Under the pieces are notes generated by a model that was given only the letters and a program-made list of their open reading frames with translations, did no database searches and had not been told where the DNA came from. From a virus (Duplodnaviria > Heunggongvirae > Uroviricota > Caudoviricetes), in IMG/VR virus record IMGVR_UViG_3300046474_000142: a stretch of DNA of 64,000 nt, one strand, 5' to 3'. Position numbers and translations under genes: made by a program. This document shows, one piece after another, positions 56,401-64,000 of this stretch (positions are counted from its first letter, which is position 1; the number at the start of each line of letters is the position of its first letter).

Positions 56401-56990
56401 CATTCTTCCATATCACGCTTTTCCTGAATAGCCTTTTGCTGTGCAGCAGACTTTACCTTTTCCTCGTACAATTCAATATCACGCTTCTCTTGAATTGCTT
56501 TGATCTTGGCAGCTTGGCGGATAGCTTCTTCGTACTCATCAACATCGCGCTTCTCTTGGATAGCCTTAATCTTTGCAGCCTGAGATACCGCTTCTTCCCA
56601 TGCTTCGATGTCACGCTTTTGCTGGATCGCTTTGATCTTCTCGGCTTGAGATACCGCAGCTTGCCATTGCTCAGTATCGCGCCTCTCGTTGATAGCCCTG
56701 ATACGCGCCCCTTCGGCCACGCTCATGTTATAAAGCTCCAAGTCGCGGCGCTGAGCGATAGAGAGAATCTTTCGTGCAGCATCAGTAGCGGTGTTAATTC
56801 CGCTAGTAGCAGCTTGTGCTTGCGCAGAAGCCGTAGAACCCTGAGTCGTAACAATTACGGACCCAAGCTTCTTAACGGCAGCTTCGGCTTTATCCGATGC
56901 CGCAGCTAGTTTATCCAACTGATTTGCAGCAGTTTGGATACCCTTACTTTGTACTTCTACGACAAGCTGGCTAATATCTTGTGTTGCCAT
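50436..56990 (-). CDS. tail tape measure protein (2184 aa) with N-proximal tandem 23-aa repeats
   Basis: Long alpha-helical Ala/Gln/Lys-rich protein with Gly-rich hydrophobic segments mid-protein. It lies downstream of the G/GT chaperone pair. Six repeats of AIQEKRD-x-E-x-x-EEA-x-x-QAAKIK span nt 56327-56765. Confidence 0.8.
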   Translation of the reverse strand: MATQDISQLVVEVQSKGIQTAANQLDKLAAASDKAEAAVKKLGSVIVTTQGSTASAQAQAATSGINTATDAARKILSIAQRRDLELYNMSVAEGARIRAINERRDTEQWQAAVSQAEKIKAIQQKRDIEAWEEAVSQAAKIKAIQEKRDVDEYEEAIRQAAKIKAIQEKRDIELYEEKVKSAAQQKAIQEKRDMEEWTAAQEQSARIKAIQEKRDVEMHAMRVAAAGQQLADDERQRRMNASFQTASIASQIRTAREAQAYGALGGNATQRFGSAAATADINALVAAQERLARATRAASAAQTGQNAAMAEGHALARGLSGSLGALWVTYGNLAGMAVGIALGASLKGVITVGKDVEQTLEGIRVLGGASTSEMAKLSDTINTLGTGVSGPQEVAEALKTLTLAGLNATQAMAGVKAALNLAIGGEVSIEKSAETLVQVGSALGYSAASFDHISDVIVKTAAASMSSVDSISGAFKSAAAIGTTYGATLQDIAVGLAAVANLGIQGTAAGTALKNLYKDLSASTDKVTKTLKDMKLSITSFRDADGFMLPLVEVIQKLDAGMGTLDSKARNMAMVKLFGQQGLREGAALISLLHQAADDTERYGTKVDATHNKLVELQDSIRESAATAALAAIAMSQTTENQFKAVKNTLQTTFSQVFKDIQPQIGSIARALQSAFASDEFKNGLKTVISLLVDFTKVLFDNAAILRDVAMGIAGAKFLEMAGGIRAAVGAAATFTAALGPIAVAIAGLTFAWQMYKQQKDRALSNKDAEGNLEDYVAQVQKETAKQVELYNLRVKYGSDAAAQRAQEASERKEASKKAVDDAKAGLNKLLDERNIYWEKLTAGEKAKAQAIMALDEEGQKAALEKRKGIFTLGQTGLFDNLSHYVTATRNYADSQKNVAIQTERAKNAVEALNHVSGMNADWSDAEAKKNRIVSTGDGELSGKGGSDADAYAAAIAKYTTDIKAANQSLENARAEANEQFKAGQMGRLQLIDQVADKEIETANRVARDSVAAAKVAAAHLGKDGKADKTADVERFNAEAERANETAAQAEKMRVANRVTAEREAQAMLTSMRVKSLEEEGKFSEAAALKWGSDGKIILDQVTAEAERSGGVWLKLMWQFMDLQAATTASAKLKEDSIAFDTSLLKVESTLKGLGDATYGRSIGDTLDAAAEAAKKFEVALADAKKKRDVLQADADTSKSPEALKKVEEANKAILAAGDKMKSKFVEVGQSITSSLKDAFGSAGESLGKLNEAMLKYQNTENASAETRMKQYGDMAQAASGFFDKNSKGYRALNGIAQVFHIAEMARTVARTAAYVIEGAANMFGQSGWGGFAGVAAMGAVLAGLGWAASGASSHGADPKLDKEYVQKHQGTGSVLGDADAKSETITKLTDSLKSNSDMMLPLTSAMLQSLRNIEASMAGLAKLAVQNGVTDGSNFNVQTGTLGKTGSMAGGALVGAAAGFTAGSAMTLIGSIMGPLGAIAGALLGAAVSKLWGKTTQEISDSGLMFGGKVSDIQAGQGVDQYANVKTTKSSWFGLSKSSSNNMLTSDAGSEINDQFGKIFTGLQTSLELAATSLGTTGKAVGEAIDGVVLQTTKISLKDLKGDELTKAINSVISEAMDTIAKAAYPQMQAFQQVGEGYAQTVIRVASGIEQANVALQKLGVSALNYMDIANKTGDVAYEITKQSILMKEGASGVGDIMKNISGSISDITSAYTDLVAARKKMDDVGLGMGLSIDTLKGAGDLKTLTTSLGSFYDKYFTDTEKVAIETKNMTAQFAAAGAAIPKSREELRTWIEAAANAGDQLKVGKLLALAGGFDTLETAMEKLGVITDMFSDDAVAAAKEIYDNALGVAETALSRLETTINAEKGKIQTNVDALKNVLTTLGDAVKATAPKDSQINAFKKAMAVIDQAISTVNGGGDISGVSGLDDAIKAVSSQTDDGYGTLLDYQRAQAEANASLSSLEKAGNSQVDIYQKQLDKLDAQLDTAKAQLDALKGIDNSVMTVAVALANFGSALSAANVAKSNYTAVEAGNTGGGVAAAVESLYRNILHRASDQAGKSFWIDALTNKGASMAEVTKNFYDSEEFKSIPKFDVGTNSVPQDMLAMVHKGERIVPAADNAALEKRLKDADEAESKGASSAEANAKLDELIIAIQQGDVANVQKTAEMFKVIRDWNQNGMPPVRSDT

Positions 56991-57022
56991 TCTCGTTCCT
57001 TATAAAACGGCCCGTGGGCCTA

Positions 57023-57454
57023 TCAATCTCTCTTCTTAGCCGCCATCAAACCAGCGAAGATATTCCCCACTTTCTCTGCGACCATTTCTCGTTCCACTTC
57101 ATCCGGTTTGTGCTTAGTCACTTCCGGTACATACGGAGGCTTTGTACCTTTCTTTGTTGCTCCTGACATCTCAGCAGCGTATGCCCTACTCAACTGCCAT
57201 ACGGCACGGTATTCTTTTGGACTGAGGATGCCAGTAAAATCATTGCATCTAGCCCACGCCTCAATTTCCTGCCACGACAATCCGACCAATCCCATTCCTG
57301 TAGCACTCGCTACACCGGCAGAATGCAAAAGAGCCACGAGATACCCCGCTGCTTCCGAAATTTCGGGCATTGGAATCTCTCGTAGCTCTTGTATAGATAC
57401 GTTCGGAGTGTCGGGGATCGAGCCATCATCGTCCCCGGAGTCGTCCAGCGGCAA
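57023..57454 (-). CDS. T-like extension of the tail assembly chaperone, expressed as a G-T fusion by -1 frameshift
   Basis: This frame is open with no stops from inside the G gene (about 57598) down to 57023. The canonical slippery heptamer A_AAT_TTC (plus coords 57574-57580, minus strand) lies 3 codons before the G stop. Confidence 0.5.
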   Translation of the reverse strand: MPLDDSGDDDGSIPDTPNVSIQELREIPMPEISEAAGYLVALLHSAGVASATGMGLVGLSWQEIEAWARCNDFTGILSPKEYRAVWQLSRAYAAEMSGATKKGTKPPYVPEVTKHKPDEVEREMVAEKVGNIFAGLMAAKKRD

Positions 57455-57567
57455 GTCATCGCCGTTAGCTAGCCGCCTTATTTGCTCCGCACGGCTAAGC
57501 TTCTGTCCATCTTCAGTAGCGTTGTAATACGCCTCTTGTCGGACGTAAAGCTCAGCCTCATCGACTA

Positions 57568-57978
57568 TTACTTGAAATTTGTAACGTCGCCAAGAGCCTC
57601 GTCAATCTGCGACTTGATGAACGAAACGGTATCATCGGCCAGCATTGCACGGAACTGTGCGTCAGTCTTAACCGGCTCACCGTCATACGACAGGTTTTCC
57701 GAGTCAAGGCAGCAAGCTACCAGTAGTTCGATACCTTCTGCTTTCTGTTCTTCAGCGTTCAGTTGCTTCTTGCCGCGCTTGATGCCACGGTTAATCATGG
57801 CGTTCACGGCGAGACGGTACTCACGCGATCCGGTCGATGCCAGGGTAACGGTGACGGGGTTCTTGCCCTTTGCGTCCAGCTCGCCCTTGTCGTTCACGAA
57901 CAGCAGTTCGTCGGTGAACGGGTTCTTCAGGTGAAGAACGGTAGATTCTTTGATTGCTAGTGCTTTTACGTCAAACAT
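57568..57978 (-). CDS. tail assembly chaperone (lambda gpG-like)
   Basis: 136-aa acidic protein immediately upstream of the tape measure gene, ending with the slippery site. Confidence 0.5.
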   Translation of the reverse strand: MFDVKALAIKESTVLHLKNPFTDELLFVNDKGELDAKGKNPVTVTLASTGSREYRLAVNAMINRGIKRGKKQLNAEEQKAEGIELLVACCLDSENLSYDGEPVKTDAQFRAMLADDTVSFIKSQIDEALGDVTNFK

Positions 57979-58147
57979 GGTATATTCCTTTATGTGGTAG
58001 GTTGCGGCATATTTTTGCCTAAGTAATGCTACTAACGTAGCTCTCTGCGTTTGTACCGTGATTGTACACTACGTACAACATCTTGTCAAGTTTTGCTTGC
58101 ACTACGTAGAAAGCTATGGTAGAAGCCCCGCCGAAGCGGGACGTTCA

Positions 58148-58609
58148 TTAGGCTACGAGGCCGGTAGCAACGATGTCGTTGTCAATTTCGATGTCCACGC
58201 TTGCGCCTGTAATCTGGTCAACAGAGCCGACTTCAAGCTGGAAGCCCATAACCTGTCCAGTGAAGTAGTAAGTGCTACCACTCTGGGTTACGACTTTGAA
58301 GGTGTACGAGTTGTCCGAGTCCGCAGCGGCCTTCAGTGCGACTTGGCCCGGATCGGTAACGTTCGAACCCATCTTCAGGCTCAGCGTACCGTTGTTGTAC
58401 GAACCCTTACGCTTCACGACTTTACGGTCGCCCAGCGGAGTGAAAGTCACTAGGTTGTACTTTTTACCGAACGATCCCAGATCAGTCAGTTCGCCTACCG
58501 GCTGGAAGCCAGTAACAGCACCGTAACCTGCTACGTCATAAGTTGCAGGAGCAGAAGCCGAAACGCTCAGGACTGTACCAGCGCTGGTACGTACTTTAGA
58601 AATTGCCAT
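58148..58609 (-). CDS. major tail (tube) protein
   Basis: 153-aa beta-rich protein upstream of the chaperone pair. Strong RBS. Confidence 0.45.
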   Translation of the reverse strand: MAISKVRTSAGTVLSVSASAPATYDVAGYGAVTGFQPVGELTDLGSFGKKYNLVTFTPLGDRKVVKRKGSYNNGTLSLKMGSNVTDPGQVALKAAADSDNSYTFKVVTQSGSTYYFTGQVMGFQLEVGSVDQITGASVDIEIDNDIVATGLVA

Positions 58610-58634
58610 TGTAGTATTCCTTTATAGAGGTTGA

Positions 58635-58994
58635 TTAGTTGCTCAGGACGGTAGCGATCAGTGCGGCCCCGCCAGAGATTGTTACTGCGCCTTGTAGGTA
58701 CAGGGAAAGGTCATCTAGCGAGACTTCGATAGTAGTGTTCGCTGGGACAGTTCCAAGGTTCTTACCAGCGGAAGGCGTGATTGTGGTTCCGCCAGTTCCG
58801 GGGATCATGTACAAAGCCGGAGCGCCAGCACCGACGATAGTAACGGGGCCAATTGGTGCGCCAGAGTTATTCGCTAGGTAGAGCTGCTGGTTTGCACCCG
58901 GCGTGTACGCCAAAGTGTCCGGGCCTGCTGTAAGAGTGGTACGTTGTAGGGTTGTAACGCCCACGGTGTTTGGAGTAATAGCAATTACGGCCAT
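58635..58994 (-). CDS. hypothetical tail-associated protein
   Basis: 119 aa, Gly/Thr/Pro-rich. Confidence 0.35.
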   Translation of the reverse strand: MAVIAITPNTVGVTTLQRTTLTAGPDTLAYTPGANQQLYLANNSGAPIGPVTIVGAGAPALYMIPGTGGTTITPSAGKNLGTVPANTTIEVSLDDLSLYLQGAVTISGGAALIATVLSN

Positions 58995-59019
58995 TCGATT
59001 TTCCTTTTAGTTGAGTTGC

Positions 59020-59412
59020 TTACGTTTCGACTCGATAACTCACTCGGACTGGCACACAAACAAACGTGTCAGCCTCGTAGCTACCGCTGGCATTAGGCGG
59101 GGATTCAATACTCACCGTGCCTGTTTTCGGCAAAACAGGGAAAAGGTCTTTCACGCTTTGCGCTAGTGCCTCCACCTGTGCCATTCCTGTATTAACGGGA
59201 GCGAAGCAGTTCACTTGGAACATGCCATACGTTCTTACCCCGCTAGCTGCTAAGTCACGGTTCATACTGTTATCTCCTAGGAAATAAAGCTCTAGGTACG
59301 AACCGGATAGTGGCTTTGTAAATTTGACGTTCTGGAACGCTACTGGGATCGGAGGTACTTGCGCCTTTGCCCAGTCGTTCAGTCGTGTTTCGATTTCCGA
59401 TCTAACTGTCAT
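59020..59412 (-). CDS. putative tail terminator/completion protein
   Basis: 130 aa; position equivalent to lambda gpU. Confidence 0.3.
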   Translation of the reverse strand: MTVRSEIETRLNDWAKAQVPPIPVAFQNVKFTKPLSGSYLELYFLGDNSMNRDLAASGVRTYGMFQVNCFAPVNTGMAQVEALAQSVKDLFPVLPKTGTVSIESPPNASGSYEADTFVCVPVRVSYRVET

Positions 59413-59828
59413 TATGGCCTCTTGTATTTAGGAACCACCTTGATGAACGCCTTAGCGATCATTGCGTATGGTCCTACTCGCCCTGACCATTCCGGCGTAG
59501 GCCATCCATCGTATTCAGCTCGGAAGCCGTACGGCGTCGAGTTCGACAGACTTACCTTACCGTCCTTGCCTACGAAGCCCGTATAGGCCCGCAGGGACGC
59601 GATCTGCGTCAGGCTGGACATTCCCGACTTGCTGGCCGGCGACTCGTTGTAGGCGCTGCTATATGCCTTCCCGGTCCCGGCGTACCAGTTGTTGATTAAG
59701 ATGCCTTTATCTACCGGCGTCCCGTGTACAACCTCTGTGAACAGCTCAGTGGCAATTGCGAGTACTTTATTGCTAACTTCCCTCTTGGCCTTCGTTCCGA
59801 AGTCTCGGACTGATTTGCCAAATCCCAT
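59412..59828 (-). CDS. putative head-tail connector/neck protein
   Basis: 138 aa; position equivalent to lambda gpZ or HK97 gp10-like. Confidence 0.3.
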   Translation of the reverse strand: MGFGKSVRDFGTKAKREVSNKVLAIATELFTEVVHGTPVDKGILINNWYAGTGKAYSSAYNESPASKSGMSSLTQIASLRAYTGFVGKDGKVSLSNSTPYGFRAEYDGWPTPEWSGRVGPYAMIAKAFIKVVPKYKRP

Positions 59829-60208
59829 TACTGCCTCGCGTACACTTCGTACAAATACGATTTAACGCCGGACGGGTTATAGTCCTTCAGTGTGATTGGC
59901 ATCCACTTCTTACCTTCAAAGATGATGTAGTCAACGCCGACTCGCGGAGCTGGTACAGCGTCGTCCGGCTGGATGAAGAATTGCTTATCTCCTGTCTGAA
60001 CCAGTCCTCCGGTTTGCGACATAATGCCGCTTGTCTTTTGGATGTAGTCTTGAGCCAGAATTCGGATGCGGTACTCTGTGACGTTTGGCGTCGTTGTGGA
60101 AGTCGCGGGATCGTATTCACCGTCCCCAGAATCGACCACCAGAGTAGCGTCCCCTCCGTACCGGCTCATCATCATCAATACAGAGCGGATTAGCGGGTCT
60201 TGTGTCAC
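59828..60208 (-). CDS. putative head-tail adaptor
   Basis: 126 aa; position equivalent to lambda gpFII. Confidence 0.3.
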   Translation of the reverse strand: MTQDPLIRSVLMMMSRYGGDATLVVDSGDGEYDPATSTTTPNVTEYRIRILAQDYIQKTSGIMSQTGGLVQTGDKQFFIQPDDAVPAPRVGVDYIIFEGKKWMPITLKDYNPSGVKSYLYEVYARQ

Positions 60209-60660
60209 ATGAACCTCGGCAAAAAGTTACCTGTACCGAATGCTTGCATGTGCATCTGTTCCGACTGCGTGAAGCCTACGTAGTTGTCGTTCCAATCTTT
60301 CTGGAACTGAACAAGAGGCATCTCTACCACTTCCCCGAATTCGTTCTTAATCTGAGCTACGTAAGGCATCGGGCTTAGGTCCATGAAATTAGGATTCTGG
60401 ATCGTCGTCTTAACGAATGCTAGGTAGTTCTGGAACCACTCAGCACCGAACACTTCGATCTGAGCTAGCTTCTGGTGAGTCTGTGCAGTCAGCATCCCAA
60501 GGATGTACGTCGCTACTAGCACGCTGGCCTTTGGTACGCTGTTATTGCAGTCTTTGAGGGCTGACAGATAAACCGAGTCAGGCATCAAAGGTAGATCGGA
60601 ATAGTCACCTACACGTAGGCGCATTTTCCCGATTGGTGTTGTTGGATCAAGAATCGCCAT
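60205..60660 (-). CDS. putative head completion/packaging accessory protein
   Basis: 151 aa; position equivalent to lambda gpFI. Confidence 0.3.
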   Translation of the reverse strand: MAILDPTTPIGKMRLRVGDYSDLPLMPDSVYLSALKDCNNSVPKASVLVATYILGMLTAQTHQKLAQIEVFGAEWFQNYLAFVKTTIQNPNFMDLSPMPYVAQIKNEFGEVVEMPLVQFQKDWNDNYVGFTQSEQMHMQAFGTGNFLPRFM

Positions 60661-60727
60661 TGGTTATCCTTTCTATGTTATCTATGTAGGCTAAGCACCG
60701 GCTCTCACTCAACCCACATAGATAACA

Positions 60728-60748
60728 GACCCCGAAGGGTCTGTCCTT
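60728..60748 (-). terminator. stem-loop (attenuator/terminator) immediately after the major capsid gene
   Basis: Hairpin cagaccc-cgaag-ggtctg between the capsid stop (60761) and the next start (60660). Confidence 0.45.
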
Positions 60749-60760
60749 TACAAGCAGTGA

Positions 60761-61789
60761 TTAGTTGCTTGTGGTAGCTTTCACAACCGTCAGCGGCTTC
60801 AGCAGCGCGTTGATGAAGTTGGATTCGCTAGCGTAGTTGTACGCAGTACCAGCCGGGTCCATCGATTCGAACACGTACAGTTGTTCGCCAGTAGTGTTCA
60901 CCAGATCGAAGCGGTTAGCTGGCGAGAAGTACGTACGGAAGTTGTCAGTACCAGTCGGCAGGAAGTACGCGTCCGATGCAGGGATCAGAACTTGACCAGC
61001 AAGGTTGTCACGCATCTCGATGAAGGTAACGCCCATGTGTTCGAAGGTACGACGCATTCCGATTGCCGAACCATCGCTCGACAGACGACGACGCAGAGGT
61101 TCCTGAGTCGAAGTGTAGTACTGGTACGCCTGCTTGATGTTGTCGTGGGTAATCAGCTTTTGGAAGAAAGCAGTACCGCACAGCGCGATCACGCCGGTAT
61201 AGTTGATGGCACCGGAGTTGTCCTGAATTTTAGCCAGAACTTGTTCCACCATCGAACCGATGTTGGTAGCAGCAGTACCCAGCAGGAAGTCCACAGAGGC
61301 AGGACGAGCTGCGCCGGTCATTTCCTGATACCAGTCTTGTGATACGGTTCCGTTAGGAGCGTACACAGTACCTTGGGTGATTGCTTGCGCACGGGCGACT
61401 TCCAGAGTCCATGCGTGGTTTTGACGGATACGGGCCAGCTTACGAGCACGTACCAGTTCAAGGGTTTCAACGTCTTGCGAACCGTAAGCACGCTTCCCTT
61501 GGATGTCTTGAGGGAAGATCGCGTCTTCCATCGGGAAGTGCGGCACGATGAACGAGTGCAGCTTGCGCTGTGCGTCTTTACCAACGTTGCTACGATCCCC
61601 GCGTACGCGGTCAACGATCAGAGCACCGTCTTTCAGGATTTCTTCGAAGACAACAGTATGTCCGGTAACACCTTCCTCTTGGAAGATACCCAGTTGGCCG
61701 ATTAGACCCCACTGGTTCGGAACGGTATTGACTTCTTGAGTCCAGTCAACGACACCAAATTCGCTGGTGAATGAACGAGTGATAGGCAT
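60761..61789 (-). CDS. major capsid protein, lambda gpE family
   Basis: 342 aa (lambda gpE is 341 aa). It sits in the canonical protease-scaffold-decoration-capsid order. RBS gaaaggaatc. Confidence 0.65.
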   Translation of the reverse strand: MPITRSFTSEFGVVDWTQEVNTVPNQWGLIGQLGIFQEEGVTGHTVVFEEILKDGALIVDRVRGDRSNVGKDAQRKLHSFIVPHFPMEDAIFPQDIQGKRAYGSQDVETLELVRARKLARIRQNHAWTLEVARAQAITQGTVYAPNGTVSQDWYQEMTGAARPASVDFLLGTAATNIGSMVEQVLAKIQDNSGAINYTGVIALCGTAFFQKLITHDNIKQAYQYYTSTQEPLRRRLSSDGSAIGMRRTFEHMGVTFIEMRDNLAGQVLIPASDAYFLPTGTDNFRTYFSPANRFDLVNTTGEQLYVFESMDPAGTAYNYASESNFINALLKPLTVVKATTSN

Positions 61790-61808
61790 TTAAGATTCCT
61801 TTCTTAGA

Positions 61809-62240
61809 TTAGTTGGCAGCTTCGACAAAGATGCCGAGAGCTTTAAGTGCGTCATACGCGCTTTGGACTTTAGCTGCATCGCTAAACGAAGCGTCCAGTT
61901 TCAGTGCAGGGGCAGCGACGATTGCGCGTCCGCGTGCCAGAGTCAGTACTTTTGTGTCGGTAGTGGCTTGCACGTTCACCGGGGCGGTGTACCCAATAGC
62001 GCCGTCGCCTACGAAGATTGCAGCCGGAACTTGCGAACCGTCAGCAGCGCTTTGTACGCAGACTTTGTATTTGCCGGTAGCGGTCACTTTACCCAGCACA
62101 GTACCGAGTGTGTAAGTCTTAGCGGCTGCTTCATTGACAGTCACGACTTCGTTGTGCATCTCAGGCTTGTCTTTGTCGTGGATGTACTTGACAAGTGAGC
62201 TGTAGCGGTCGAATTGGCCTTCAGTTGCGAAAACTGGCAT
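61809..62240 (-). CDS. head decoration protein (lambda gpD-like)
   Basis: 143-aa beta-rich protein between the scaffold and capsid genes. Confidence 0.45.
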   Translation of the reverse strand: MPVFATEGQFDRYSSLVKYIHDKDKPEMHNEVVTVNEAAAKTYTLGTVLGKVTATGKYKVCVQSAADGSQVPAAIFVGDGAIGYTAPVNVQATTDTKVLTLARGRAIVAAPALKLDASFSDAAKVQSAYDALKALGIFVEAAN

Positions 62241-62261
62241 ATCTATTTTCCTTTAGATGGG

Positions 62262-62828
62262 TTATTTAAGTTCATTACGAACGATTGCTTGCAGGTAGTC
62301 GGCAGTCTTACCGCCAATCACTTCCGCATTGAGTTTGGTTTGGTCGGTAGCACCTTCCGCTCCTACTTCTTTGAATGCATCGCTCTTTGCTTCGACTTTG
62401 AATTTCAAACTCATAGCGCTGGCTACCGCATCAAACGCTGCGTCATCCAAAGAAGCTGTAGCAGCTTGGAGGGATGCAGCCTGTTCATCTCCTACGAATT
62501 CAGCCAGCTTCGCAGCACGAGCTGCAACCTTAGCTTCTGCGGCAATCTTTGCTTGCGAAGCTTTGAACTCGACGGCAGCTTCGACTTGAGCGCTGAGTTC
62601 AGCGATCTTCGAATCTTTATCTGCCATTGCAACGGCGTTGATAGCCAGTTGCTCAGTCATCGAAGCGACTGTAGCTTGTAGTGCAGCGAATTGCTCAGCC
62701 AGTTCCGGGGAGACGGTAGAGGCATTCGCGTCAGTTGTAACATCAGTCATTTCGACTCCTTCTGTTTGTGATTCTGCTTGCGCAGGCGCTTGGCTAATGC
62801 CCAGCATACGTTTTAGTACATCTTTCAA
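62262..62828 (-). CDS. scaffolding protein
   Basis: 188-aa Ala-rich coiled-coil (AELSAQVEAAVEFKASQAKIAAEAKVAARAAKLAEF) between the protease and decoration genes. Confidence 0.5.
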   Translation of the reverse strand: MKDVLKRMLGISQAPAQAESQTEGVEMTDVTTDANASTVSPELAEQFAALQATVASMTEQLAINAVAMADKDSKIAELSAQVEAAVEFKASQAKIAAEAKVAARAAKLAEFVGDEQAASLQAATASLDDAAFDAVASAMSLKFKVEAKSDAFKEVGAEGATDQTKLNAEVIGGKTADYLQAIVRNELK

Positions 62829-62838
62829 AGAAAGCTCC

Positions 62839-63663
62839 TTATTTCGTTAGGTACTCAGCAAATGCTTCGTTCGTCATGATCGAGTTAATCAGGCCGAGTT
62901 CCAGAGCTTTATTCGCACGGAACATGGAAGCCTCTGTCGCTTTAATTTCTTCAGTGGACAGTCCGGTGTACTTCGAAACGTGTGCTACGAATTCGCCGTA
63001 CAGTTCATTCACTTGCTCTTGCAAGCCAGCGATAAACTCGTCTCGGAAATTACCGTCAGCATCAAAAGGAATTTTGTTCGCACCGGCTGTTACGAAGGTA
63101 CGTGAGTACCCTGCCTTTTCCATAGCCTTGCTGTCGTTGTACAGAGCAATTAGCACTCCGACGCTTCCGACTTGGCCTTGTGGATGACATACCACTTCGT
63201 CCGACAGTACGCACAAAGCGTAAGCAGCAGAAGCAGCACAGTCTTGGACATAAGAAATCAGGGAGACTTCGTTATCATCAGCCATCTTGCGAATCGCATC
63301 AGCGGTTTGGAAGCAGTTGAATGCTTCACCACCACCGGAGCTAATGTCGAATACAATCTTCTTGCATCCCATTCCAATCAGCTCATCCATTTGATTCAAC
63401 AGACCGGCGTAGCTTGTACCAGTAGCACCGCAGAGCGATTCAACCGGCTTATTAGTCAAGCTGCCGTGGATATTAATTAGGCCGATCTTTCCAACGTTTG
63501 ACGGTTTATCTAGATCGGCGGAAACTGTTTCAACTTGGCTCAGCATCCCAGTGTTGCGAAGCTCAAGGTACGAAGTAATCGCACCAAAAGCTTCGGCAGA
63601 GATGAGATGCGGCCTGTTGAATAGATCGGCTGTCAATCTACGTACAGGTCGCTGCATTGTCAT
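62839..63663 (-). CDS. prohead maturation protease, S49 (SppA/ClpP-fold) family
   Basis: IVFDISSGGGEA and VQDCAASAAYALC match the S49 peptidase serine and oxyanion motifs. Position equivalent to lambda gpC. Confidence 0.7.
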   Translation of the reverse strand: MTMQRPVRRLTADLFNRPHLISAEAFGAITSYLELRNTGMLSQVETVSADLDKPSNVGKIGLINIHGSLTNKPVESLCGATGTSYAGLLNQMDELIGMGCKKIVFDISSGGGEAFNCFQTADAIRKMADDNEVSLISYVQDCAASAAYALCVLSDEVVCHPQGQVGSVGVLIALYNDSKAMEKAGYSRTFVTAGANKIPFDADGNFRDEFIAGLQEQVNELYGEFVAHVSKYTGLSTEEIKATEASMFRANKALELGLINSIMTNEAFAEYLTK

Positions 63664-63666
63664 TTG

Positions 63667-64000
63667 TTATCCTTTATTGTCAGCGTTACGGGTTGACTTG
63701 TCCTCTTTGCTCGACTTGCCACCGATGTCTGCTGTTCCGTCCCCCGACTTGCCCACTGCCATTCCGTCGCCGGATCGGCTGCTTGCACCAGTTAGGTTCT
63801 CTTTATCAACAGGTTCATCGATAGGCTTCTCGTCAATTCCCAGAACGTCGCGTAGCTTGTTAAGGGTAGGACGATCAATCTCCATCAGTCCGACAGATGC
63901 GAATCGTTGGACAGCTTTAGAGAATGCTTCGCTATCAACGTCAGCGATGTCGCCGTATTCGAACGTAGGAGTTCGTTCTGTGCTCCAACCGTTCAGTGCA
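63667..64000 (-). CDS. portal protein, C-terminal part (ORF continues beyond the window edge)
   Basis: The reading frame of the 63667-63885 ORF stays open upstream through 64000 (…ALNGWSTERTPTFEYGDIADVDSEAFSKAVQRFASVGLMEIDRPT…). It lies upstream of the S49 protease, as lambda gpB lies before gpC. Confidence 0.4.
   Translation of the reverse strand, partial: ALNGWSTERTPTFEYGDIADVDSEAFSKAVQRFASVGLMEIDRPTLNKLRDVLGIDEKPIDEPVDKENLTGASSRSGDGMAVGKSGDGTADIGGKSSKEDKSTRNADNKG

Noticed and set aside
51199-56909. Multiple 60-230-aa plus-strand ORFs inside the tape measure region
   Set aside because: They lie antisense to a 6.5-kb continuous minus-strand ORF. Their composition is Ser/Ala/Leu-rich and low-complexity. 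No start or RBS context is present.
1-64000. CRISPR arrays, integrase or attachment sites, transposase
   Set aside because: No regularly spaced direct repeats are seen. No tyrosine/serine recombinase or transposase-like translation was seen in any frame of the window.

Overview
This window is a 64-kb stretch of a tailed dsDNA phage genome (siphovirus-like mosaic). It has two convergent blocks meeting at a bidirectional terminator near 43.5 kb.

**Plus-strand block (about 1.8-43.5 kb), early/middle genes.** Transcription appears to use host RNA polymerase: at least 12 sigma70-type TTGACA-N16/17-TAnnnT promoters are visible, and no phage RNA polymerase is present. The block encodes a T7-like replication set: ATP-dependent DNA ligase, gp4-like primase-helicase, UvrD-like helicase, family A DNA polymerase, an SSB-like protein ending in DDDIPF, and a FEN-type 5'-3' exonuclease. 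Nucleotide metabolism genes follow: class I RNR NrdB and NrdA, glutaredoxin, a ThyX-like protein, a MazG-like protein and a DUF5664-like protein. It also carries a Prs-like and NAMPT-like gene pair (a candidate NARP1-type NAD+ reconstitution, anti-defence module), a macro-domain protein, a DprA/SLOG-like Rossmann protein, a VWA protein, a calcineurin-like phosphoesterase, an SPFH lipoprotein and two tandem Rmf-like mini-proteins. One tRNA-Arg(UCU) is present. The block is saturated with free-standing homing endonuclease genes: 9 HNH-AP2, 3 of a second AP2-containing family, 2 other HNH genes, and 1 decayed remnant.

**Minus-strand block (43.6-64 kb), late genes.**
- Lysis: holin-like protein, GH108 endolysin, spanin-like protein.
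- Tail: tail fibre genes and a 2184-aa tape measure protein with tandem repeats.
- Tail chaperone: a G/GT tail-chaperone pair with a canonical A_AAT_TTC -1 slippery site.
- Head-tail and head: head-tail joining proteins and a lambda-like head module (gpE-type major capsid, gpD-like decoration, scaffold, S49 prohead protease, partial portal).

**Regulation.** A perfect 8-bp inverted-repeat operator (GTACGTAG-N6-CTACGTAC) overlies the -10 of two identical early promoters. Further half-sites cluster in a 760-bp left intergenic region.

All calls rest on motif-level reading of the translations and DNA. No database searches were run.
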